A DNA stretch of 64,000 bases from Cenarchaeum sp. (GCA_965242695.1 CBDESU010000001.1:896001-960000), one strand, 5' to 3'; counted from the stretch's first letter, positions 39,701 through 48,559 are shown. The notes: generated from the sequence alone by a model not told the origin. Made by a program: numbers and translations.

Positions 39701-42700
39701 CGTCGTATCGGCAAAGGTCACGGGGCCCGGCAACGCGACCATACAGTACAACAGGGAAGTCGCGGCGCAGGCCGGGGACTATACGTCGCTCATGATCGAC
39801 GGCTCGCCGCGGGAAGTGCTGCGGCTAGACGGCGGCGGCTCGTCGGATGCGCACGTGGTATGGTTCAGCCCAGGCGATGCGCCGCCAAACGCCACGGGCT
39901 CGGTCAGAATCGACGCGGCCAGCGTCCGCGACGGGGACGGCAACCAGCTCGGCACCAACCCGCAGGTTCTGAACCTGACGGACGGCCAGGCTCCGGCCGT
40001 ATCAGGCGCCACGGCGGTGTCGCTGAGGACAGTTCTCGTGGAATTTAGCGAGCCCGTCAGCGCGCGGGGAACGGACGGCCACGGCGGCTGGCGCGTATCG
40101 GGAGGCGACTCTGCATCGCGCTCGGTGCTGTCGCGGTCGGGAACATCGCAGGCCTCTACAGAGATGACGCTCACGCTCGACGGGGACCTTGCCAGTACGG
40201 ACCCCGACGTCGCGCTGTCGTACACGGCAGGAGCCGTCGACTCCGTACCGGTCATTGATGCGGGCGGCAACGCGCTCGATACGGCCGCGTCCGTCAGCAT
40301 CGCCGACGGCATAGACCCCGTGCTGATCTCGGCCGTCGTCACTGCCGGCAACACCCTGACCGTGAGATACAGCGAGCCCGTAGAGGCGCCCCTGTCGGCG
40401 TACGCGGGACTGACCCTGCCGCCGGCCGACGACCGCCCATTCACGGCGCTCGAGGGAAACGGCACGGCCATACACAACGTCACGTTCGGCGGGGCCGCGG
40501 CCGCGATCGGCTCGCTCGGCAACGCCACGGTAGACGCCGCCGCCGTGCACGACCTGGCCGCAGCCCCAAACCCACTGGGGGACGAGGCCCTTGTGGTGGA
40601 GCTCACGGATGCTGGCATGCCGTCGATCGCCTCGGCCCGCATCGTGCGGCCCGGCGCGGCCGTCGTAGAGTACGACAAGCCCTCCATGGCGCCGCTGTCG
40701 GCGTACCTGTCGATTACGGTGGACGGCCTGTCAAAGAGGATAACCGACCTGTCGGGCAGCCCCGGGCGCATGCACACGATAGGCTTTGCGCCGGCCGATG
40801 CGCGGCCGAACGCGACCGGGACAATCGTGGTCAACGCGTCGGCCGTATCGAGCCTGGCCGGCATCGCGCTCGGCAACGCGTCGGTCGAGCGGGATCTTGC
40901 AGACGGCCAGGCGCCGGGCTTTGGCGCCGAGGCCGTCTCCCTGAATATGATACGCGCCGTGTTCGACGAGCCCGTGCATGCGGCGGAAACGGCCGGCGCC
41001 GGCGGCTGGTCCGTGTCGGGCGCCGATGCGGCCGGCATTGCAGTGTCGTTGCGGTCAGGAGCGCCGCCGGGATCGGGCGTTATGATGCTCGCGCTCGACG
41101 GAAACCTGTCAGATACGGCGCCGGACGGCGTCGTGCTGCTGTACGATCCGGCCTCTGGGTCGGTTCAGGATGCGGCCGGCAACAGGCTGCGGCAGGGCTC
41201 GGCCGCGGTGGCGGACCGCATCGCGCCGGCGATCGCATCGGCGTTCCTCTCGGGCGGCAACAACGCGACCGTCCGGTACACGGAGCCGGTGAACGCCTCG
41301 GCCGACCCGCCGGCATACTCGGGCCTTGCTCTCTCGCCCGGCGGCCCACGCGAGATCGCGAGGTTTACGGCCGGCCTGGACGCGGATCACACGGTCGAGT
41401 TTGGCGGCGCGCCTGCCGCCGCGGGGGCAACCGGGACGCTTGCCGTCAACGGCTCGCTGGTCCTGGACGGGGCCGGCAACCGCTTGGCCGGCGGCGCGGC
41501 GCTTGCGCAGGCTCTCGACTCTGGCCCGCCCGCGGCGCGGCCCCCGCCAGCGGGATCATCGCCGGATCGTGTTCGCGCCGCGTCGAGCGCGGTCTTTGCC
41601 ACCCCGAACACGGTGGTGATCATGTACTCGCACGCCCTGGCGCCGCCGCCGGCGCACGCGGGGCCCGTGTACGGTAGCGTTGTCGTCGATCTTGCAGGCG
41701 GACCGTCCTCGAGGGCCGTGGTCTCCGAGGACGGCATCGGGACGGCGGAGCATACGGTGCGGTTCGGCGGCGATCCCGTCGGCGCCGGGCGGGGCGGCAC
41801 GATCGAGCTGCTTGTCGACCTAGAGTCCACCGCAGAGGGGGAGAACGGCACGCGGGCCTGGCACGAGGCCGGCCGCATACGCGTCGATCCTGCGGGCCCC
41901 GATGCCGGCACGGTCGTCGTCTCCCCGTCGCAACCGGTCAGGATCGTCGAGATCGTCCGCGACAGCTTCGAGAGGACGGTCAACGCGACGGCGGCCGGGG
42001 CGGCGGCGCGCCCTGCAATCAACGTGACGGGGCTGCTGGTGCAGTCGCCCTCGGCCCCGGCCGGCGCGGCGGTGTTTCCTGCCGACCGCAGCGTCGTGGT
42101 GGCCGCCTCGTTCGCCGAGGTGTCGTTCCCGCCGAACGTGACGGCGACGCTCCTGCCCGCCGACGGGCTGCTGGAGCTGTACGTCGCCCCCGACCGGCCG
42201 AACGCATCGAGCGTGTCCGCCGCCCTCGGCTACGACGAGGACTCGATCACGGTAAACAGGGCCGTAGAGGTCGGCGACGATGCGGTGCACATCTACTTTG
42301 ACCTTCCCGTGCGCATACTGCTGGCGGGGCAGGCCGGCGGTAGCGCGTTCTACGTGAACAATACGAGCGGCGCCGTCGTGCCGATCTCCGCCGCGTGCAG
42401 GGCCGACGGCACGGCCGCCGTGCACGGGCAGCTGGGCGGATCGGGAGAGTGCCAGATCGACTCGGGCGAGGACAAGGCCATCCACACGTACCACCTGACC
42501 GTGTTTGGCACGGCATCCATCGGGGACTCGGGCGAGCATACGATGGTCGTCACCCTTGTCCCCGCTCAGCCCGGCGGGGGCAACGGCGGCGGCGGGCCAC
42601 CTGTAGTGGTCGTTCCGCCGGGCGGACAGCGGCCGCAGGAGCAGCCGCAGACCGGGACGCCGTTCTTTGGAGGCGGGGGAGGCGGCGGGCGCGGCGGAGG

Positions 42701-43913
42701 CGGCGGAGGCGGAGGCGGCTCGATCATACCGACCGGCTCGGGCGGCCCTGTGCTGTACTCTGCCTCGTGGGACTGCGGCGACGGCACCGTTCGGATGGCG
42801 GTCAACAGCGGCATGCGCTCGCCCGACATTGCGGTCGTCTCGTCAAGCGGCACGGTCCCTGCGACACTGGCAGACGTGCAGGACATGTCGGGGCGGACGA
42901 TCTACGAGGCGCCGCTGCCGGTGGACGGCACATTCTCGATCAGGGCCACCGCGGTGGACGGCCGGGCGGTCTCGTCTGTGTCAGAGGCTGTCCGCACGGG
43001 CGGCGCCTGCACCGGCGAGACGGTCTTTAGGCAGTACGTCCCGGGCGACGGCACCGCGCAGCCGGCCGGCATGTCCGGCGAGGATGCGGCGGGCGGCGCA
43101 CAGCCGGCGCCGGCCAAGGAGGATGGGCAGGAGCCGCCGCGGGAGCAGGGGCAGGAGGATCAGCGCCGGCCGGACACCCCCGTTGAACTGCCGCCGCCCG
43201 GGGGCGGCGCCGGCGCGGCAGGCGAGCCCGATCTGGTGCGCCCCGCCTTTGAGATCGAGGAGGGCCGCGACGCGTCGTACTATGTCAAGCGGTATGCCGA
43301 GCAGCCGGCGTACCGCGAGTGGTTCGACTCTTCGTACCCGCAGTATGCCGACATTTGCGAGGCGGTCGGGGCGGCGCCCGGCTGCGTAGAGGCCCACCTG
43401 GCCGGCAAGGCGATCGAGCCCAAGACCGGAACGGACGACGAGGGCGATGCCGCTACGGACCGCGAGCCGCCGGCCGTGCCGGCCGCGCCGGGCGATGACG
43501 ACTCGGGCTGCCTGATCGCGACTGCCGCGTACGGGACCGAGCTTGCCCCGCAGGTGCAGGCCCTGCGCGAGTACAGGGACGGGGCGCTTCTTGCGACGGG
43601 CTCGGGCTCGGCGTTCATGTCCGCATTCTCGCCGGCGTACTATGCGTTTTCGCCCTACGTGGCGGACCTGGAGCGCGAGCACCCTGCGCTCCGCCAGGCG
43701 GTCGCCGCCATGATAACGCCGATGCTCTACACGCTCCAGGTGGCAGCGCAGGCCGATCCCGCCTCGGAAGGGTCGGTGCTTTCCTACGGGATCGCCGCCA
43801 TCCTGCTCGTGTCCGCAGTGTATGCGGGGGTTCCGGCGGCCGGCGCGGCCGCCGCTGCGTGGGCCGTCCGCCGTTGCCGCCGCCGCGGGCGCGCGCGCCC
43901 GACCTTGGCCTGA
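33729..43913 (+). CDS. Giant (>=3394 aa) surface protein: Ig-like domains, 14 LVIVD-type propeller repeats, Ig-like stalk, CFI-box-CTERM-type anchor
   Basis: N-terminal Big-like domains (VDGTAPPGSSVSV..., DTTPPDVP), repeated GVQIIDVTDPSxP, and DGxAP/YSEPV repeats. It carries the thaumarchaeal YVKRYAEQPAYREWFD...ICEAVG motif and ends CLIATAAYGTELAPQVQ plus TM. The true start is probably upstream (see finding). Confidence 0.9.
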   Translation: MAAVLVAASASSPLLFDAADAQSSTIVAPPAILTPPSTVAVASQAVDGTAPPGSSVSVHRGDSAIATVQADGVSGYWVATVALVEGSNLLTAVAELSGTSSDPSAPVTIVLDTTPPDVPAIGNAGGETAPSRMHVIRGTAEPSVLVEVFVNGTWAQSAVSRYDTGQWFIKVLLAEGTNTVTARTVDGLGNPSAMSPVLSITAPQGQPPAESIEDPPKSTSVIRDNTGTVALTSPFAVAAFEHGGRAYAAAAAGGAAAVQVIDFTDPSSPEAAEPIKDADRNLGQPRDIEIFTAASGDRIAAVASHRPGAVELIDMSDPLMPEFLGAGAAYGDKDEDGAVEYPGLLGARDASVFSLTNASSGEVRTYLIVASDYGRTDLDPGGFQILDITTPAAPVPVSSKSMATRNENGDHTLVRPLYAIPWIDPAGSYALNTHMPKTIATYDAGGDPVAAVEGVGGLPGYGGQSFDLPTEVLQDQGGAWALKTNTIVQVMNSTNRTVSMANSSGAGPVTIHDAADCPPPPDPSLPVAVVCGGQNALVLVHNADTPGDKSDDYVAEVYADAFYGTYSYPVAKRVDGRLLAVGPDLVPFPLSGVDAANATFNVLGGAGSVDTFAVGGGAYAIVAASESGGVQIVNVTDPYSPMVAAGVLDGETDANSREFRLEGAAGVRTWNASGRVYAAVSYGSPNGPADGVQIIDVTDPSGPTAVSRAVDVAGTSRDELSTLGGAAGIEVFERGGRTYLLVAASEDDGFQIIDVTDPASPAEADRGRDGSRCSTAARYSALGGAVASDTLAIGGGLYAVVAAESDDGVQVVDIADPDGMVALGTAFDERGGFSEMHDPISAEAVEIDGRTYVLVASFQDDEGGYGHGGGVQIIDVTDPSDPRAAAALQPFRPSQFKLLEGVRYIDTFVVGGSTYAIITAESPKDHTLSPPADQGAFTIADISNPTRPRFIAGVIDGQSDVNGGTFDMLNAPAGVETAVIDGRTYAVIAARGPHGQEHGVQIVDVSTPASPLAVASIRDGGPDGHGGTYSALRRAHGVDIAQIGEGWYALVASIADDGVQLINITDPSSPRVASNITDAVASTNLDGARNLRAFEKGGNSYAIVVSTFDDALQVLNITDPASPVPIDTVTDHSGAITSDRHFTELVAPYDIDLFELGGDTYAASTCQKDGACHGMQITNMSNPAQITAPTEIWDEGGASAINGARGVATFEIDGSVHALVTGYGEDAAEVFRLTNFTDPAAPSVVRAELDRGRGMLHIEFSERVKTGSMEYNLGSITVRDGSTSASVGLSGARLAGQLGGQLGIKTVEIAMNGTQAADVRGFESPLIDLAAGAFADLSGTDSAAASGIIPEIVTSRPELLEAGLNLGTGELVLAFTEAVDYATANLSRISVYSAGDEQVRHGPVGVVPGDSDSADLTVRLGEGARQAVMAIAGVPLVDVLDGAVNSSASNLPSVGYRGSPLDPVIRDRVDPVLLSALLSGSDLRLVFNENVIATPDAVDLALIYVRDRAGESEVSLNGSTLLTNVNGTELLVRLTAAQSASVASYGDPVVDLRLGGPYSAVQDVSGQGSGPATVLLASSDGSFRPTFEARAVSPSQIRVEFSTDVAADASDTRAWLLGGRDAGVLSVASYPVPSGRSALLTLSGALPSTAPVLTLEYVPGHATISGADSGRELAGAAVDVADGIPPVLQSARIVSADAIDVEYSEPVAGDRNAYSAPMLESAGDRTVAGLADGGTAVHRITLGGDPAATGDTGTIGVDETALADLDGNALGTNSSKRVELDDGQAPAVASARITGSNTITVEYSEPVVPATSAYIGLELSPGGVRTPTGPPPGHAEMLHAVTFDPGAAPNATGTLTINRTVLFDGAGNRMEGAMPLVQGVWDGQSPTLERSAFTGHNSLTLGYSEPVAAPLAAYTMLMIDGDPDGREIVDFEGNSTDRHVLEFNGAAVARGATGSMSIDAAAVLDLAAPAKNALAGIGSEPVGIVDDRVLSVVSAKVTGPGNATIQYNREVAAQAGDYTSLMIDGSPREVLRLDGGGSSDAHVVWFSPGDAPPNATGSVRIDAASVRDGDGNQLGTNPQVLNLTDGQAPAVSGATAVSLRTVLVEFSEPVSARGTDGHGGWRVSGGDSASRSVLSRSGTSQASTEMTLTLDGDLASTDPDVALSYTAGAVDSVPVIDAGGNALDTAASVSIADGIDPVLISAVVTAGNTLTVRYSEPVEAPLSAYAGLTLPPADDRPFTALEGNGTAIHNVTFGGAAAAIGSLGNATVDAAAVHDLAAAPNPLGDEALVVELTDAGMPSIASARIVRPGAAVVEYDKPSMAPLSAYLSITVDGLSKRITDLSGSPGRMHTIGFAPADARPNATGTIVVNASAVSSLAGIALGNASVERDLADGQAPGFGAEAVSLNMIRAVFDEPVHAAETAGAGGWSVSGADAAGIAVSLRSGAPPGSGVMMLALDGNLSDTAPDGVVLLYDPASGSVQDAAGNRLRQGSAAVADRIAPAIASAFLSGGNNATVRYTEPVNASADPPAYSGLALSPGGPREIARFTAGLDADHTVEFGGAPAAAGATGTLAVNGSLVLDGAGNRLAGGAALAQALDSGPPAARPPPAGSSPDRVRAASSAVFATPNTVVIMYSHALAPPPAHAGPVYGSVVVDLAGGPSSRAVVSEDGIGTAEHTVRFGGDPVGAGRGGTIELLVDLESTAEGENGTRAWHEAGRIRVDPAGPDAGTVVVSPSQPVRIVEIVRDSFERTVNATAAGAAARPAINVTGLLVQSPSAPAGAAVFPADRSVVVAASFAEVSFPPNVTATLLPADGLLELYVAPDRPNASSVSAALGYDEDSITVNRAVEVGDDAVHIYFDLPVRILLAGQAGGSAFYVNNTSGAVVPISAACRADGTAAVHGQLGGSGECQIDSGEDKAIHTYHLTVFGTASIGDSGEHTMVVTLVPAQPGGGNGGGGPPVVVVPPGGQRPQEQPQTGTPFFGGGGGGGRGGGGGGGGGSIIPTGSGGPVLYSASWDCGDGTVRMAVNSGMRSPDIAVVSSSGTVPATLADVQDMSGRTIYEAPLPVDGTFSIRATAVDGRAVSSVSEAVRTGGACTGETVFRQYVPGDGTAQPAGMSGEDAAGGAQPAPAKEDGQEPPREQGQEDQRRPDTPVELPPPGGGAGAAGEPDLVRPAFEIEEGRDASYYVKRYAEQPAYREWFDSSYPQYADICEAVGAAPGCVEAHLAGKAIEPKTGTDDEGDAATDREPPAVPAAPGDDDSGCLIATAAYGTELAPQVQALREYRDGALLATGSGSAFMSAFSPAYYAFSPYVADLEREHPALRQAVAAMITPMLYTLQVAAQADPASEGSVLSYGIAAILLVSAVYAGVPAAGAAAAAWAVRRCRRRGRARPTLA

Positions 43914-44209
43914 GCAGTTCGCATGTCGGCGAGCAGATCCGCACCCTGCCACGGGCCTGCCGGCCCGGCGGCGGATCGCACTGCATCTTGTTGCCGCCAG
44001 GCGCGCCCTTTAGGGCATATCGCGATCATCCCTCTGGCCCCGTCCCGCGGACCGCCTTGCTCGGGCTTGGCGCACGGCCTCTGCCGTGTGCAGGAGCCTG
44101 TTTGGCGCCACCGGCCGCGCAGCTGCGCCCCGTTGCGGTGCGACAGGGGCGCGGCCCGGCGCCGTGGCGTTCGCCTGCCGGCGGACGCCGCCTCCGAGCC
44201 CCTGCGCGC

Positions 44210-45682
44210 TCAGCACATAAGCAGGTAGAGCCACATGGGGATCGTGACGATCTTGCCGTCGTCGTCGAGGCCAATCCCCTCGTCGGACACGACAAGCCCG
44301 ACGCTTGTCCCAAACTTTTCGGCAAACCTCCTGATCCCGCGAAAATCCGACTCCCTTGTGCGCCTCCCGTGCTTTGACTCGACCGGCAGCGCCTTGCCGC
44401 CTATCCGGACTACCGCATCGACCTCGTCGCCCTTGCTGTTCCTCCAATAGTAAATGTACCTTCCGCTTACTCTGTCGTACCACCGCGCAAGGCGCATCGT
44501 ATGGTCGCACACGACAGTCTCTGCGACCCGCCTAATGTCGGCGGGATCGGACAGGATATCGCCGGCCAGCGCGCGCAGTGCGGCCGTGCGCGTGCCGGGA
44601 TCTCCTATGTACACCCTCTTGTCCGCGCGTGCGCGCACGCCGGGGTCTTCCGAGTAGAGCTCGGCATCCTGCACGAGATATGCAGCCTTGAGCAGGTGCA
44701 GGTACTGCTTTGTGGTTTCCCTGCCGACGTCCAGATCCCTTGCCAGCCTGCTGACGTTGATCGTCTGGGGCGACTTCCAGGCAAGCATCGAGATGAGCCT
44801 GTCGATCGATGCGGGGTTCTTGACGCCGCCAATCCGGACAATGTCCTTGTATATTGCAAGCTGGAGATGGTGGCGGAGCATCTCTCTCTTCTCGCCCGCA
44901 TTGTCCTTGGTGGCGACGCCTGGCCGACCGCCGTACATCATGTACTGGAGCAGGTGTGCCCTGAGCGAATCGCTGTATCCTCCCAGGTCCAGGTGCGCGG
45001 ACCTTGCCGCGGCATAGAACGTCTCCGCATTCCCCTCTGCAAGTGCCTGTCCCAGCGCGCTGCGCATATCGGCACCGGCCTGTGCCGCGTGGCCAAAGCC
45101 CTTGAGGGACGCGTACTCGGGGAACGAAAGGGGCATGACTTCTTGGTACCTCATCCTGCCAATCAACGACTCGGATGCCCCGCTGAGTATGCCGATGCTG
45201 GATGATCCCGACACGATGAACTTTGCGTTGTATCCCAGGTCTACCCACCGCTTGAGGATGCGCTGCCATCCGTCGACCTCTTGGATCTCGTCAAGCAGGA
45301 TGTAGACCCTCTCGCTTATGTCGCCGAGTGGCTCTCTGACCACCACCCCCACGTACCACTCGAGTATGTGGCGCATGTACTCTGGGCCGGATGTCAGCGA
45401 CGGCTCGTCAAGTGAAGCGTACATGACTCTTTTGGGGTCGTCCACCTCTCTTACCAGCTTTGCGGCCAGCTGCATCATCATGGCTGTCTTGCCCATTTGA
45501 CGGGCCCCGATCAAGGTGCATATCTGGCGATCGCCAAGGCGGTCAACGATAGTGGCAAAGTCTGTTCTAGTGCACTTGGGGACGTCCGATGCATGCTGCA
45601 CCCCTCCACGATTCCACCACGGATTCTGGTTGTTCATTACTACGTTGAGCCTTACGTCGTCGCTGTACTCACCTGCGGACAT
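44210..45682 (-). CDS. AAA_14 / DUF4143 ATP-binding protein
   Basis: NQNPWW, Walker A GARQMGKT, Walker B ILLDEIQ, VSGSS, GR...PLSFPEY, YGGRPG, KRVYIGDPG and YYWR...EVD...PVESK. TTTAAATA TATA box at 45704-45711 (minus strand). Confidence 0.92.
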   Translation of the reverse strand: MSAGEYSDDVRLNVVMNNQNPWWNRGGVQHASDVPKCTRTDFATIVDRLGDRQICTLIGARQMGKTAMMMQLAAKLVREVDDPKRVMYASLDEPSLTSGPEYMRHILEWYVGVVVREPLGDISERVYILLDEIQEVDGWQRILKRWVDLGYNAKFIVSGSSSIGILSGASESLIGRMRYQEVMPLSFPEYASLKGFGHAAQAGADMRSALGQALAEGNAETFYAAARSAHLDLGGYSDSLRAHLLQYMMYGGRPGVATKDNAGEKREMLRHHLQLAIYKDIVRIGGVKNPASIDRLISMLAWKSPQTINVSRLARDLDVGRETTKQYLHLLKAAYLVQDAELYSEDPGVRARADKRVYIGDPGTRTAALRALAGDILSDPADIRRVAETVVCDHTMRLARWYDRVSGRYIYYWRNSKGDEVDAVVRIGGKALPVESKHGRRTRESDFRGIRRFAEKFGTSVGLVVSDEGIGLDDDGKIVTIPMWLYLLMC

Positions 45683-45722
45683 GCCGAGGCTTCTCCACGT
45701 GAATATTTAAACTGTATATTGA

Positions 45723-45897
45723 ACATGGCAAAAATTCCCTGTTTTTTGCAATTATACATGGCACTAGCCACGCCTGTACTGCAACCACACATGGCACTAG
45801 CCACGCCTGTACTGCAACCACACATGGCACTAGCCACGCCTGTACTGCAACCACACATGGCACTAGCCACGCCTGTACTGCAACCACACATGGCACT
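45723..45897. repeat. 33-bp tandem repeat: 4 identical copies, one degenerate copy and one partial copy
   Basis: acatggcactagccacgcctgtactgcaaccac at 45756, 45789, 45822 and 45855. A partial copy starts at 45888 and a degenerate copy (acatggcaaaaattccctgttttttgcaattat) at 45723. Confidence 0.95.
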
Positions 45898-45980
45898 TGG
45901 AGGGGGCCTCTACAGAGCGAGAGTGATGGGGTAGGAGGAAGGTGTCAAGTACGACGGGGTCGTCAGGGTACCAAACGATC

Positions 45981-46270
45981 ATGGTGCGCAAGCAGTGGAC
46001 AGTCAAGGCGCGGGCTGACATGGCGGCAGAGTTCCTCCCGACGGACGTCGGCGCAGCCGAGATGTGCCGCAAGCACGGCGTCCCGCCGGCCACGTTCGGC
46101 GGCTGGCGGAGGAGGCTCATGGAGGTGGGGAGCGGAGATATTGCCGGCGGCGGGAACGATCCCGCCCGGGCGCCGGCCAGGTAGTGCTAGCCGCTCAAAA
46201 TCGTCGCAGCCGGGGAGGCCCCGGCCATCGCCGAGATGCAAGAAGTCTTGGATGCGAGGGGCGGAGTGGG
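45981..46270 (+). pseudogene. IS3-family OrfA-like (HTH_Tnp_1) transposase remnant
   Basis: MVRKQWTVKARADMAAEFL...AEMCRKHGVPPATFGGWRRRL is the HTH. The same frame continues through two TAG stops as PLKIVAAGEAPAIAEMQEVLDA (zipper-like). No OrfB is present. Confidence 0.7.
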
Positions 46271-46315
46271 CGCGGCCCGGAGGACGACGGCGGCCGGCCG
46301 GCCGATCACAGGCCG

Positions 46316-46981
46316 CTAGGCGTCGTCGGCGCCGCCGCGGCTGGGCGATCCGGCATGCCCCGCCGCCCCTGCTCGCCTCCCGGGATCGGCCCTGCGCCTG
46401 CGGCTGCTCTCGTTCCTGCTGAGCCGCAGGCCCTCGGCGCGGCACGCCGCGGAGCAGTAGCGGACGGAGCGGTTGGGCGTCGAGAACTTTTTGCCGCACG
46501 TCTTGCAGTCCACGCGCAGCACCCTGACGGACTCCCTGTCGGCCCTTGCCGTGCATCGCCTGCAGTAGGCGCGGTTGGTGCTACCGCCGTACTGCGCAAA
46601 GCTGCGGCCGCACAGCCTGCATGCCGTCGACCTCGCCGGCGAGGCGCGCGGCCGCGCGCCCCTTCTTCCCGCGGCGGACTTGGCGGCGGCGCGCGCCCTG
46701 GCGCGCGCCATGGCGATGGCGTACTTTTCGGGGTCGGACAGGTACCGCTGGACATACTCGCGGTTGTGGCGGCGCTTGGCCTCGGTGCGGCACGGATCAG
46801 AGCAGTACCTGGCCGAGGTGCGCTTTGCCGAGAACTTCTTGCCGCACTCCCCGCACTCTGCGGCCGGCGCCCGGGCGATCTCCCCGCCGGCCTTGGCCTC
46901 GCACTCCACACAGTGCGAGCGGCCGCGCCCGCGCCGCGCAAGGTTGCGGCCGCACAGCCTACAGGAGGCAGACTCTGCCAT
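46316..46981 (-). CDS. Basic protein with four Cys4 zinc fingers (internally duplicated)
   Basis: Two copies of [CRLCGR...CxxC]-[CxxCGKKFS...RYCSxxCR]. ATG 46981 with TTATAA ~25 nt upstream. Confidence 0.8.
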   Translation of the reverse strand: MAESASCRLCGRNLARRGRGRSHCVECEAKAGGEIARAPAAECGECGKKFSAKRTSARYCSDPCRTEAKRRHNREYVQRYLSDPEKYAIAMARARARAAAKSAAGRRGARPRASPARSTACRLCGRSFAQYGGSTNRAYCRRCTARADRESVRVLRVDCKTCGKKFSTPNRSVRYCSAACRAEGLRLSRNESSRRRRADPGRRAGAAGHAGSPSRGGADDA

Positions 46982-47159
46982 TGCGCCGCCCGGCGGGCGC
47001 TGTGTTATAAGGTTGGCTAGCGACAGGCGAGGGCGCCGGCGGGCGCGGCTTTGGGCGGCCCCGCGCGCGGCGCGCCGTGCGCTGCGCCCTGCTGCCCTCC
47101 GTCCCCCGCATGCCTGCCTGGCCCCTGCCCCGGCCGAGCAAGGCCGCGGCCGCCTGCCG

Positions 47160-47993
47160 CTACCCACGCCCCCTGCGCCGCCCCCGCCTCTCCGCAAGGG
47201 CCATCCCCGCAGCGTACAGCACGATCATGGGCCCCCCGATGAACCACATCGTGACGCCGCTGCCGTCGGGCGTGATTGCGGCGCCGAATATGACTATGGC
47301 CACTACCGCATACCTGATGTTTGACCGCCAGAACCGCGCGCCGACGATCCCGGATGCGGTCGCCGCGTACATCGCGAGCGGCAGCTGGAACGATGCGCCG
47401 AACGCGAGGAGAAAGTGGAGGACGAACCCGACAAAGTCGATCACGTTGAGGAACGTCACCAGCCCGGCAGACTCGCCGTACCTGTACAGGAACTCTAGCA
47501 CGTACGGCACGACCAGGACGTACGCGAACGCGCAGCCGCCGGCGAACAGGCCGACGGCCGGCAGCGCCATCGACCTGCCTAGCCGCGCCTCGCCCGCGGC
47601 CAGGGCGGGCCGCACGAACGCGGCCGCCTCCCTTGCGATAAGCGGCATCGAGGCGGCAAGGGCCGCGAGGGCCGCGATGTACACCTGCGCAAAGAACGCC
47701 TCGCCGGGGGCCGTCTGTATGAGCGAGACGCCCTCGGGCACGAGCGTGCGGCCCATGATGGCCGTCATCTGGGCTGCCATGTTGTTGAGCGGGTCGGGTA
47801 TGGGATAGTAGAGGACAAGTGCGATGCCGGCGATGTCGACCGGGACCGGCTCGGCATGGAACGTCAGGAGGAACGCCGCAATGCCGGCCACGGCGGCGGC
47901 GATGCGCAGGACGCGCCTGCGCAGCTCGTCCAGGTGGGGCCCCGCGGCGCCGATCCCCGACACGCCGGCCGCGCCGCGGCCCTCACTATTCAT
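47160..47993 (-). CDS. tatC: Twin-arginine translocase subunit TatC
   Basis: HLDELRRRVLRI, APGEAFFAQVYIA, FVRPAL, FGASFQLPL, RYAVVAIVIFGAAITPDGSGVTMW. Confidence 0.93.
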   Translation of the reverse strand: MNSEGRGAAGVSGIGAAGPHLDELRRRVLRIAAAVAGIAAFLLTFHAEPVPVDIAGIALVLYYPIPDPLNNMAAQMTAIMGRTLVPEGVSLIQTAPGEAFFAQVYIAALAALAASMPLIAREAAAFVRPALAAGEARLGRSMALPAVGLFAGGCAFAYVLVVPYVLEFLYRYGESAGLVTFLNVIDFVGFVLHFLLAFGASFQLPLAMYAATASGIVGARFWRSNIRYAVVAIVIFGAAITPDGSGVTMWFIGGPMIVLYAAGMALAERRGRRRGRG

Positions 47994-48457
47994 TATTTGG
48001 CAGGGATGGGCAGGAGCTTTGCCTCGGGCAGGCCCGCCTCGCGCGCCTCGTCCTCGGTCAGGCCGCCGAACTCTAGCGTTATGGTCGCCGTCGCGCCGAG
48101 CTCTGCCTCCAGGTCGCTCGCGAGCGAGGCGATGTCGGCGGCGGCGAATATCTCGTCAGAGCCGCGCAGGATCACGCGCTCGCCCTTTTCCTCGTCGCGC
48201 CCGCCGAACCGCTTCCTGAGGAAGCGCGTGATCGACGGCAGCTCGGAGCGCGGTATGTTGTTGTGGTAGTAGGCGATGCCCCTTACGGGGTCGTAGTCTA
48301 CGGGGGTGCCGTCCCTGTACATGAACACGCCGACGAACCGCGCCTCGTCCTCGGGCGGCCTGACGCACTTTATGTCCCAGTTGAGGATGCGGTCCTCTGG
48401 GTACGACAGGGCGGCAAGGTCGCCGGCCGAGAGCTTCCAGTAGCGCAGGCGCGTCAA
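47993..48457 (-). CDS. Conserved hypothetical protein (154 aa), co-oriented and overlapping with tatC
   Basis: Globular composition (RYWKLS...ILNWDIKC...FVGVFMYRDGTP), 1-nt overlap with the tatC start, and TTTTATA upstream. Confidence 0.75.
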   Translation of the reverse strand: MTRLRYWKLSAGDLAALSYPEDRILNWDIKCVRPPEDEARFVGVFMYRDGTPVDYDPVRGIAYYHNNIPRSELPSITRFLRKRFGGRDEEKGERVILRGSDEIFAAADIASLASDLEAELGATATITLEFGGLTEDEAREAGLPEAKLLPIPAK

Positions 48458-48559
48458 CGGGGGCGCGGCGCGGCGCGCCCCGTATAAAACGAGCGGCCGC
48501 GGGGCCGGCGCGCGCGCGGCAGGCGAGCGCCTTATAGCGGGGCGGATGGGCGGCCCGGC

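Noticed and set aside
45723-45897. 33-bp array as a CRISPR or TIGR-like guide array
   Set aside because: The units are contiguous and identical with no unique spacers, and no cas or Nop-domain gene is nearby.
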